Origin: Candidatus Poribacteria bacterium
Lineage (GTDB): Bacteria > Poribacteria > WGA-4E > WGA-3G
Direction: 5' to 3'
NCBI GenBank assembly: GCA_963663765.2
Contig: CAXXUA010000015.1
Location: forward strand, 320,001-384,000
DNA length: 64,000 nucleotides
The notes below the pieces were generated by a model. It had not been told where the DNA came from. It did not search any database and saw only the letters and a list, made by a program, of their open reading frames with translations. The translations under genes and the position numbers were made by a program. Positions 19,426-28,509 of this stretch are shown here, one piece after another; positions within the stretch are counted from its first letter, which is position 1; each line of letters starts with the position of its first letter.

Positions 19426-19981
19426 ACCTAAAGGAAACTGACCAGCCATTAGGGTGGTTGTTAACAGTTCTTCAAAAGGAAAATGCGGACGAGGAAACGC
19501 TAATTGATGCATTGCTTGATACGTTTTCATACTTCGACACACTGGATGAGGAATACGCACCACAGCGGCGTAAAGCGATGATCTATCTCATCTTGTTCAT
19601 ACTACATCGCCGCCCTCCTGAAGAACACAAAAATTTGATTACACTCATTGATCAGAGAACACACGATATGGAGGTAGAAACCATGGCACAATCAATCATT
19701 GAAATTACCAAAGAAGAAGGTAGAGAAGAAGGTAGAGAAGAAGGTAGAACACAAGCAAAACGGGAGTCAATCATAAAACTGATACAAGAGAAGAAGGTAG
19801 AACACAAGCAAAACGGGAGTCAATCATAAAACTGATACAATCCCGATTTGATGTTCTCCCTGATGCTGTTGCCACTGAGATTGATTCGATACAGAGTCTT
19901 TCCCACCTCGATTCGATCTTTGATAAAGCATTGACCGCAGAAACAATTGATGAAATTGGGTTGCAAAACAACGACAAGTAA
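19426..19981 (+). pseudogene. Near-identical duplicate of the Rpn C-terminal half, frameshifted
   Basis: Repeats 18869-19395 with a few substitutions, two fewer 12-bp EEGR units and a 53-bp tandem duplication (19735-19787 / 19788-19840); internal ATG 19683. Confidence 0.85.
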
Positions 19982-20011
19982 TACTATTAAATAGTGAAAC
20001 AGAAGCAGCGG

Positions 20012-20562
20012 ACCTAAAGGAAACTGACCAGCCATTAGGGTGGTTGTTAACAGTTCTTCAAAAGGAAAATGCTGATATAGAAGCACTAAGCAAAGCCTTG
20101 TTTGATGCGGTGCCGCACGTTAAACATCTACGTAAGATGATCGCTTATTTGGTCTTGTTAATTTTACATCGGCGACCTGCTGAAGAACATAAGGACTTAA
20201 TACGACTTGTTGAACAACAGTCACACAATATAAAGGTAGAAAATATGGCAAGAACAATGGCAGAAGTTCTCATAGAACAAGGCTTTGTAGAAGGCTATGC
20301 AAAAACCATAGCTGAAAGTGTAGCAAAGGGTATAGAACCAAATTTAGCACATGGTGTAAAGCTTGGCATAGAGCAAGGTAAAATCTTAGCAAAACAGGAA
20401 AACATTATCAAAGTACTATACTCCCGATTTAGTGCTATTCCTGATCCTGTTAGAAGCAAGATTCACTTGATACATGACATTGCTCGCCTTGATACTATTT
20501 TTGACAAAGCATTGACCGCAGAAACAATTGATGAAATCAAGCTGCAAAACGACGATAGTTAA
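20012..20562 (+). CDS. Divergent Rpn C-terminal cassette; probable small ORF from ATG 20245 (105 aa)
   Basis: Shares about 60 bp with rpn, diverges, then reconverges at FDKALTAETIDEI; AAGGT before ATG 20245 (MARTMAEVLIEQG). Confidence 0.65.
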
Positions 20563-20612
20563 CAGTTTGCGTAAGTACTATGGACGTACTTTAAAAGAGA
20601 GGAAGCCTGTCT

Positions 20613-23288
20613 ATGCCGAAAAAACCTATTAACCATTATGAACATACCGACAAACTACCCAATAACCCGACCCAAGAACTGAGCGGTTTTGCTGAAAACG
20701 ATGACTTTGCACCGACACGATACCCGCGCGATGTTGCACTTGACCCGCAATTAGTTTGGAAAGGCAAAGACCAACAGAACGATGCCGATCTTGAGGTGCC
20801 AGCAGTCCCTATCTACATTTAGGAACATATTCAACCGCAAGCTATTAGTGAAGTACTTCGCGCACAACAACAGAAAGAATCGGAACAAATCGGAACGCTT
20901 TTTGAAGGATTCAACGACCTTGACTTTGAGCAGAAAATTGAGTTTTACCAACACGAACAGAACTGGCATAACCGCTTTATCCTTGGCGATTCACTTGCTG
21001 TGATGAACTCTCTCGCCGAAAAAGAGGGATTTAAAAATAGTGTGCAAACTATCTTTTTTGACCCGCCTTATGGTATCAAATTTAGCAGTAATTGGCAGGT
21101 TAGCACCCGAAAACGTGAAGTCAGCGATACAAAAGCAGAAGACGTTACGCCACAACCCGAACAAATTAAAGCATTTCGGGATACATGGAAAAACGGCATC
21201 AACTCTTACCTCACCTATTTACGTGATCGACTTACAATTGCCCGTGAATTGCTCGCGGATAGTGGTAGTATCTTTATCCAAATTAGTGATGAGAACGTTC
21301 ATTTTGTTAGGTGCTTGTTAGATGAAGTGTTCGGAGATACCAATTTTGTTAACACAATCACCTGGACTCGAGGTGGAATGACTTCTTCAGAAGGGTTAGC
21401 TGCAATCTCTGATTATCTGTTATGGTATGCAAAAGACAAAGAACAAATGAAGTACCGTCCTCTTTGGATAAAGTGGGATGAACACACACCAGACCCACTC
21501 TTAAGACATCACACACAAGTTGAATTTCCAGATGGAACACGGCGCAGAATGACGCAAGCAGAAAAAGAAAATCCAGCGTTATTGCCTCAGGGAATAAAGC
21601 GATTTCGAGAATCTCAAGCAACATCACAGACTGCTGGTAGTGCCACCTTTGAGTATGAATTTGAAGGTAATATTTTTATACCTCCCCGTGGAAGAGGTTG
21701 GGCATCAAACCGTGAAGGACTAAACCTTCTTGCTAAGCAGGGAAGACTTGTCAAATCAGGACAGAGAATCAATTACATTCGATACGCTGGCGATTTTCCG
21801 GGACGTGCTATGACCAACATGTGGACAGATACCTCACGTGGAGGTTCTGGAAAAACCTACATTGTAGAGACAAACCCGACAGTTATCCAAAGGTGCATGC
21901 TCATGACAACAGATCCAGGGGACTTAGTCCTCGATCCAACTTGTGGCAGCGGCACAACCGCTTATGTCGCAGAACAGTGGGGAAGACGTTGGATAACAGT
22001 AGATACTTCAAAGGTAGCACTTGCGTTGGCACGTACCCGCCTCATGTCTGCCAAATATCCTTACTATCGCCTTCAAGATGCAGACGACATCAAGAAGGGA
22101 TTTGCCTATAAAACTGCACCGTATGTTAGTCTTTCAGATATGGCAAATAACACAGAGATTGACGACATCCATGCAGAATACGCAGAGAAATTAGATCCGC
22201 TCCGTGCCGAAATGAATCGCCTTCTTGAACAAAATTGGGAAGAGTGGGAGGTACCAACTGAAACCGATACGGAATGGGATACGGAATTTCAGGAACTTCA
22301 TCGTAAATGGCTTGTCCTCAAACGCGAACGACAATTAGCGATGGATGCCTCCACTGCAAAACGCGCCAAAAGTGAGACACTTTACGATCAACCTTATGTG
22401 GATAGAAAACGGGTTCGCGTCACAGGTCCATTCACGGTAGAGAGTTTATCCCCGAATTTTGCTCTTGAGCAAACCGATGCAGAATCCCAAACGTCAATAT
22501 CTTCTGAGAGTGTACAAGAGTATCACCAACATATCATAGAACATCTCAGAACAGCGGGCATACAAAGTGGTTTCAAAGATCAAGGTATCAATTTTGACTG
22601 GATAGAAGAATATCCAGGCGAATGGGTTCATGCTGAAGGCATGTGGGTTGACAAAGAGGAAAAACAACATCACATTGCTATCAGCATTGGTCCACAGTAT
22701 GATACGGTGGGTAAACAGTGGATACGTGAAGCAGCGAAGGAGGCTGTCCGAAAAATCGCAGAATATGACCTACTTATTGTGGCGGGAATCACATTTGAAT
22801 GTTATACTGCTAATGAGGTATCACGAATTGGCCAATTGCCGATACTGCCAGTCAAAATTAGTCCTGAGTTAATGGTGCGTGAACTCAAAAACACGGGTGA
22901 GGGCAATCTGTTTATGGTGTTCGGCGAACCGGATGTGGACATTGTAGAGAATAAAGATGGCACAATCTCTGTTAAACTCTTGGGTGTGGATGTATACGAT
23001 CCTGTGAAGGGGTTACTCCGTTCGGAAACGCCAGAGGACATCGCGTGTTGGTTCATTGATACCGCTTACAACGGCGAGGCGTTTATCGTGCGGCATGCAT
23101 ATTTTACGGGTGAAAACGAACCTTACAAGCAGCTGCAAAAAGCACTCAAAGCAGAAATTAACGAGGAGGCGTGGGTGGCACTATATCGGACAGAAAGCAT
23201 CCCATTTACCAAGCCTGAGTCTGGTAAAATTGCAGTGAAGGTTATCAATCATTATGGTGACGAGGTGATGAAAGAGTATAAGGTTTAG
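20613..23288 (+). pseudogene. Type III RM-like N6-adenine DNA methyltransferase (Mod) interrupted by in-frame TAG at 20820-20822
   Basis: DPQLVWKGKD, VPIYI-TAG-EHIQP, NRFILGDSL, DPPYGI, LDPTCGSGTT, KIAVKVINHYGDEVMK, all in one frame. Confidence 0.85.
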
Positions 23289-23316
23289 ACAAATAGCGTC
23301 AACACGGAGAGAGAAA

Positions 23317-24678
23317 ATGATTACACACATACGAATGAAAAACTTCAAGTCGTGGAAAGATAGCGGTGAAGTTCAACTTGCGCCGTTGACAGGCTTTTTC
23401 GGTACAAATAGTTCTGGGAAGAGTAGTTTGTTGCAAATGCTGCTACTGCTTAAGCAGACAACGGAGCAGGAGAATACCGAAGAAGTTATCTTCTTTGGAA
23501 ACAACGGCTCTTATGTCAATTTAGGTAATTTCCATGAAGTGATTCACGGTCATAGTCAAGAAAATCATCTTGAGTTGGAGTTTGGATATAAACTTCACAA
23601 GACTTATAGTCTTCGATGGAATGTAACGGATAAAGAACCGTGGGAATCAAGAATAGATCGGTTTGCATTTAATACAGTGATTTCTAAAGCAAATGGGAAA
23701 GTAGATGTAAAGAACTTTTCATATGCTGATTCTTCCGGAAGTTGGAAAATTGCCTGGTACATTAAGGAAATAAAGAGATCGGTATATGGCGGTCCCTTAT
23801 TCATTAACGAAGATAGTTTAGGATACGGACAAGTGACAAACTGCTACGGTACTCCAACAACAAAGGATATAGGCTCGTATCAAAGACCAGAGAAAGAATA
23901 TATAAAATTTTTCTCACAACTTTTTGAAAAATTGTTTTTGAATCTATATTATCTTGGACCAACTCGTGTGGATCCACGACGAGACTATAATTGGCAAGGT
24001 ATGCATCCTGAGCATTCTGATCGATGGGGAGATAAAACAATTGACGCGCTTCTCTCTGCGCGTGTGCGAAATTTGAAAACCTCTCATAAGAAAGAAGATG
24101 TTCCAATTGAGGGAAGAATTTCAGATTGGTTACAAAAGATGGACTTAGCCCATTCGTTCTCGCTTAATTGGATAGAAGCACAGGGCAGCAAAACCTATGA
24201 AGTCCGTATCCAAAAAACTCAATCAAGTCCACTTGTTACATTAGTTGATATGGGTTACGGTTTATCTCAATTCTTACCAGTGTTAGTCCTTTGCTACTAT
24301 GCACCAGAAGGTTCAACCTTAATTTTGGAACAACCCGGTATTCACCTTCATCCAATGGTTCAATCCCAACTTGCGGATCTGCTGATAGAGGTTGTCAACG
24401 AAAGGAACCTGCAGATTTTGGTGGAAAGCCACAGTGAACATCTGTTAACTCGTTTACAAAGACGAATCGTCGAAGAAAAGATTGCTGCAGATCAGACTGC
24501 ATTCTATTTTTGCCGTAACAATGATGGTGCTTCCACTATTGAAAAATTAGATGTAGACGAAGCGTCTGGGGATATCAAGAACTGGCCAGAAAACTTTTTC
24601 GGTGATGTGATGGGTGATATGTTTGCGATGACAGACAAACAGGTCGAAAGCATAGCAGAAAAGAGAACGGAGGGTTAA
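23317..24678 (+). CDS. ABC-type (AAA_15/21-like) ATPase with DUF3696-like C-terminus, copy 1
   Basis: Walker A GTNSSGKS, signature-like GYGLSQ, Walker B LILEQP, ESHSEH, terminal NWPENFFG. Confidence 0.88.
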   Translation: MITHIRMKNFKSWKDSGEVQLAPLTGFFGTNSSGKSSLLQMLLLLKQTTEQENTEEVIFFGNNGSYVNLGNFHEVIHGHSQENHLELEFGYKLHKTYSLRWNVTDKEPWESRIDRFAFNTVISKANGKVDVKNFSYADSSGSWKIAWYIKEIKRSVYGGPLFINEDSLGYGQVTNCYGTPTTKDIGSYQRPEKEYIKFFSQLFEKLFLNLYYLGPTRVDPRRDYNWQGMHPEHSDRWGDKTIDALLSARVRNLKTSHKKEDVPIEGRISDWLQKMDLAHSFSLNWIEAQGSKTYEVRIQKTQSSPLVTLVDMGYGLSQFLPVLVLCYYAPEGSTLILEQPGIHLHPMVQSQLADLLIEVVNERNLQILVESHSEHLLTRLQRRIVEEKIAADQTAFYFCRNNDGASTIEKLDVDEASGDIKNWPENFFGDVMGDMFAMTDKQVESIAEKRTEG

Positions 24679-25196
24679 TGGACGCAGTTGTGATTGATAC
24701 GAACGTTTTAGTAGTCGCAAATGGCAAGGCTGCTGCGCCGCAGGCATCCGATAAATGCATCAAACTCTGTCGCGCAAAGCTTGCAGCAATACTTAGAAGT
24801 TCCGAGAAGATATTACTTGATGACAAAAAGCGAATAATTCGAGAGTACAGAAGGAACCTAAATGACAAAGGACGTGGACACGGAGATCGGTTTTGGCTGG
24901 AATTAAAAAGAAGATTTTATAATCCTAAAAGTTATCCTGATACGGTTGTCACGGTTGAAATTACCACGTTAGCAGGAAACGGCACTGAATTTGAGGAATT
25001 TCCTAATGATGACGCGGCACTAAGCGATTTTCATAAAAAAGATAAAAAATTTGTTGCTGTTGCCATTGTTTACCAACGCGACTTTGAAGATGAAGCACCT
25101 ATCCTAAAAGCAGAAGATAGGGGTTGGGATGAATTTAAAACCGCCCTGGCTGCTCATCGTGTTTACGTTCATGCTATCTGTGAGGACAACACCTAA
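24678..25196 (+). CDS. PIN-domain protein (putative RNase), copy 1
   Basis: VVIDTNVL, IREY, DKKFVAVA, EDRGW acidic set; TAATG coupling to the ATPase. Confidence 0.75.
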   Translation: MDAVVIDTNVLVVANGKAAAPQASDKCIKLCRAKLAAILRSSEKILLDDKKRIIREYRRNLNDKGRGHGDRFWLELKRRFYNPKSYPDTVVTVEITTLAGNGTEFEEFPNDDAALSDFHKKDKKFVAVAIVYQRDFEDEAPILKAEDRGWDEFKTALAAHRVYVHAICEDNT

Positions 25197-25333
25197 AGAC
25201 CTTTTGATATAAGATAACGTTGGAACACTGTTATGCAGAGACCTATAAAAAATCTTGCACCGTGTGCTAAATGTGCGTCTATCCTACTTAATTGTCTGAA
25301 TCGCGAATTATACCGATCATGAGGAAAGGAAAA

Positions 25334-26656
25334 ATGATTACACATATACGAATGAAAAACTTCAAGTCGTGGAAAGATAGCGGTGAGGTTCAACTTGCCC
25401 CGTTGACGGGCTTTTTCGGGACAAATAGTTCTGGGAAGAGCAGTCTGTTGCAGATGCTGTTATTGCTTAAGCAGACAACGGAGCAGGAGGATGCGGAAGA
25501 AGTTATCTTCTTCGGTAATGAAAATTCCCTTGTCAATCTTGGTTATTTCCATGAAGTTATTCATGGGCATCAAGAGGATGAAGAACTTGAGTTAGAGTTT
25601 GGGTGTAAATTCCCAGAATCAATGACAATCAGAATCACCCAATATAGGCTGGAGCCAGATGAAGTTAAATTTGATTCTTTCAATTTTGAGACTACTATCA
25701 AGAAATATGGTAATTCACAGGATGTCAATCGTATTTGTTACGATATCGGAGGAAAGGGAATTAATAAAATAAAGTTAGAAGGTAACGAAATTTCCTATTG
25801 TGGCAAACGCCTCTTCACGGGTACTTATAAAAACTGCTATAGTATAGAAGAGACAACGCAAGCTTTTCCAGGTTCAAACGAATCATTTTACTTGCTTTCG
25901 TCTAAATTTGAGGAGCTTTTTTCACATGTTTTTTATCTGGGACCAACCCGCAAACATCCACAACGCTACTATCATTGGGAGGGTGATTTTCCTGAAACTC
26001 CCGGACAGTGGGGTGGTCAGACAATTGATGCTCTTCTCTCCGCTCGTATAGATCAGCGAACGACCCCTTATAAAGCAAAAAATGTCCCAATTGAGGAACG
26101 AATCTCAGCATGGTTGCAAAAAATGGAATTAGCGTACGCCTTTGAATTTGCACGGAGCGGTCCACGGGATAACAAAAACTATGAATTCCGAATCCAAAGG
26201 GGGCCGAAAAGTATTAAAGTGACATTGGCAGACATAGGTTATGGAGTTGCACAATTTCTTCCTGTTCTGGTTCTGAGTTATTATGTTCCGATCGGATCCA
26301 CGCTGATCCTTGAAGAACCTGGGACTCATCTTCATCCCAAAGCACAAGCTGACATCGCAGATCTCTTGATAGAGGTTGTCAATGAACGGAAACTACAGAT
26401 TTTAGTAGAAAGCCATAGTGAACACCTGTTAACTCGCCTGCAACGAAGAATTGCAGAAGAAAAGATTAGCAGTGAACAAACTGCCCTCTATTTTTGTCGG
26501 AACAATGAAGGCGTTTCTAATATTGAACGTTTAGAAATGGATGAATTTGGTAACATAGAAAACTGGCCAGAAAACTTTTTTGGCAATGAGATGGGAGATC
26601 TGTTCGCAATGACTGATGCGCAAAGGGAACGTCAAAAGAGTGCGGAGGGTGAATGA
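25334..26656 (+). CDS. ABC-type ATPase with DUF3696-like C-terminus, copy 2
   Basis: First 52 aa identical to copy 1; same motifs; AGGA RBS before ATG 25334. Confidence 0.88.
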   Translation: MITHIRMKNFKSWKDSGEVQLAPLTGFFGTNSSGKSSLLQMLLLLKQTTEQEDAEEVIFFGNENSLVNLGYFHEVIHGHQEDEELELEFGCKFPESMTIRITQYRLEPDEVKFDSFNFETTIKKYGNSQDVNRICYDIGGKGINKIKLEGNEISYCGKRLFTGTYKNCYSIEETTQAFPGSNESFYLLSSKFEELFSHVFYLGPTRKHPQRYYHWEGDFPETPGQWGGQTIDALLSARIDQRTTPYKAKNVPIEERISAWLQKMELAYAFEFARSGPRDNKNYEFRIQRGPKSIKVTLADIGYGVAQFLPVLVLSYYVPIGSTLILEEPGTHLHPKAQADIADLLIEVVNERKLQILVESHSEHLLTRLQRRIAEEKISSEQTALYFCRNNEGVSNIERLEMDEFGNIENWPENFFGNEMGDLFAMTDAQRERQKSAEGE

Positions 26657-26855
26657 ACGCTGTTATTGTAGATACGAATGTAATCGTGATTGCAAATGGT
26701 GTTGCACAACATGCCTCTGCAGACTGTATAGAACGTTGTCAGGATAGACTTGAGCAGATTTTCAACCATCATGAAATCGTTGTTGTTGACGACAGATGGC
26801 GAATTCTTGGGGAGTACAATCGTCATACAGACCCAAACTCCCGAAAAGGAATTGG

Positions 26856-28170
26856 CAGGGTTATTTAGTTTTAAAAACTCTCAGTTATCAAGTTAACTGC
26901 GAGTTTAGGTTTTGAAGCTAAGTATTTTATCTCATCTGCTATACGCGTTATCCCAGCAAATCGCAACACTGCTAATGCTGTATTTCGCAAAGCAGCCATG
27001 ATTTGTGGAATAGCACCGCATCGGACAGACGATGCGTCTTCTCCAAGTTGTGTATCACGCATCCAATGCGACTTGTTCTCTATTGACCAATGCCCACGGC
27101 GTAGCTCAAGTAAACGTTGGGCAGAAGTTTCTTCGGGTGTCAGACTTGTAATACCATAATGGATTTTGGTTTTTTCTTCTCCTGTTTTCGTATTTTTGTA
27201 AGTATAACGATATTGGAACACTTGTGCTATACCTGGCCAATCCAGATATGCGTTGAGACTTGTGCTTGCTTTCAAACACCTTGTCTCTATTCTACCATGT
27301 GATTTTTCAGAAGTCTCGTGAGTGTAAATAGGGGCTCCCAATTTAGGATGTGGTGTGTTATCAGAAAGCGTGTCTGGAACGTCTTGAAAGAGTTTTTGGA
27401 TCTCATCGTAAAGGTCCGGTTGGTTCTTTTTGACAGGGAGCACATAGTCTCCATTACCCTCTATGATGGCGTGGCAGAAAGGTCGCTGTGTCAAAAGTGC
27501 GTCTGTTGTGATGACTTTACCACTCACATCAAAGTTTTTGAGGATCTCTGTTGAGATCGGTATTTCGTTGGTTTTATCACTGACACCTTTTTGTGTAAGT
27601 GTGACGCCTAACTCATGAGACACAACAGAGAGTAAATGGCTTATTGTCGCACCACTTTTCTTACTGGCACGCATCGTTTTACCGTCTATAGCGACTGCGT
27701 CAAGACAACCTTCTAAATCAGGTCGACTTTGACAAACGTCTTCTACCCAGTCTGTAAATGTCTTTTCAACAGCATCAGCATCTAAATCTTTTAGAACATT
27801 ATGTATTGTTGCGGGACAAGGTGTTTTCTTGTGTGTAAAACCGAGTGTTCTTGCGAGGTCTGGTTGGGTTCGGGCCCAAGTTGCGATGGATGTATATCCT
27901 TTATGTCCAGTCATAAAACCAATAATGTTAAGTCCGATGATTGATTTCAATGGGTGTCGTTTTCCTTTATTGTTGCGCGGGTCTTGGATTTCTGCTAATC
28001 TATCTAACAAGTGTCGAGAGTTTTTCTCTGGCATTTTTCACCTCAAAGGTAAGATTTTTTAGGTGAAGTATAGCAGATATAGCGCGATAAATCACGCTAT
28101 ATCTGCATATCCAAAAATATTAACGATTGTGATAAAAAACAACCAAAACTCCTAAAACTAAATAACCCTG
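26856..28170 (-). mobile_element. ISAs1-family insertion sequence, 1315 bp
   Basis: 18-bp perfect IRs CAGGGTTATTTAGTTTTA; 9-bp target duplication AGGAATTGG (26847-26855, 28171-28179). Confidence 0.95.
26871..28034 (-). CDS. ISAs1-family DDE transposase
   Basis: DPR..GKRH, AIDGKT, KTNEIP, TTDALLTQ, VKKNQP, HGRIETR, RGHWSIEN..HW.RD..GED. Confidence 0.96.
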   Translation of the reverse strand: MPEKNSRHLLDRLAEIQDPRNNKGKRHPLKSIIGLNIIGFMTGHKGYTSIATWARTQPDLARTLGFTHKKTPCPATIHNVLKDLDADAVEKTFTDWVEDVCQSRPDLEGCLDAVAIDGKTMRASKKSGATISHLLSVVSHELGVTLTQKGVSDKTNEIPISTEILKNFDVSGKVITTDALLTQRPFCHAIIEGNGDYVLPVKKNQPDLYDEIQKLFQDVPDTLSDNTPHPKLGAPIYTHETSEKSHGRIETRCLKASTSLNAYLDWPGIAQVFQYRYTYKNTKTGEEKTKIHYGITSLTPEETSAQRLLELRRGHWSIENKSHWMRDTQLGEDASSVRCGAIPQIMAALRNTALAVLRFAGITRIADEIKYLASKPKLAVNLITESF

Positions 28171-28509
28171 AGGAATTGGTGATATGTTTGTAAAAATGCT
28201 ACTGCGAAATCAGAAGAACCCGAATGTCTGTACAATGGTGCATATTACCTCATTAGCAGGAAACGGGACCGATTTTGAAGAATTTCCTACTGACAATGCC
28301 TTATGCAGTTTTGACCCAGACGATAGAAAATTCATCGCTGTTGCCCTTGCACATCAGCGAGACGCTGAAGAAACCCCAACTATTTTATTAGCAATAGACA
28401 GAGGTTGGCTTGAATTTATGTCCGCGCTGGCAAGCCACGGAGTCACCGTTGACCTTATCTGTAAAAAAGACATCCAACGTCCACGTCAAGATTAAAAGAA
28501 GGTATTCAA

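Larger units (their letters stand above)
26653..28495 (+). pseudogene. PIN-domain protein copy 2, split by ISAs1
   Basis: Joining 26653-26855 to 28180-28495 restores a 172-aa ORF (VIVDTNVI...RKGIG|DMFVKML...DPDDRKFIAVA...IDRGW), the same length as copy 1. Confidence 0.9.

Noticed and set aside
18869-20075. Diversity-generating retroelement TR/VR pair in the Rpn repeats
   Set aside because: Differences are few and not adenine-specific; no reverse transcriptase in the window
20820-20822. Pyrrolysine or genome-wide TAG recoding
   Set aside because: TAG is a normal stop in other genes here (uvrB, potB, tatA, mod itself); a single C-to-T change explains it
20782-21003. 73-aa ORF suggesting a frameshift in mod
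   Set aside because: The mod-like sequence continues in the original frame; this ORF is a shadow
25233-25322. 29-codon ORF with CAKC between the two ATPase-PIN modules
   Set aside because: No clear RBS, no counterpart in the other module, too short to support
28073-28106. 12-bp-arm hairpin upstream of the transposase
   Set aside because: Internal to the IS and probably an ordinary IS regulatory structure
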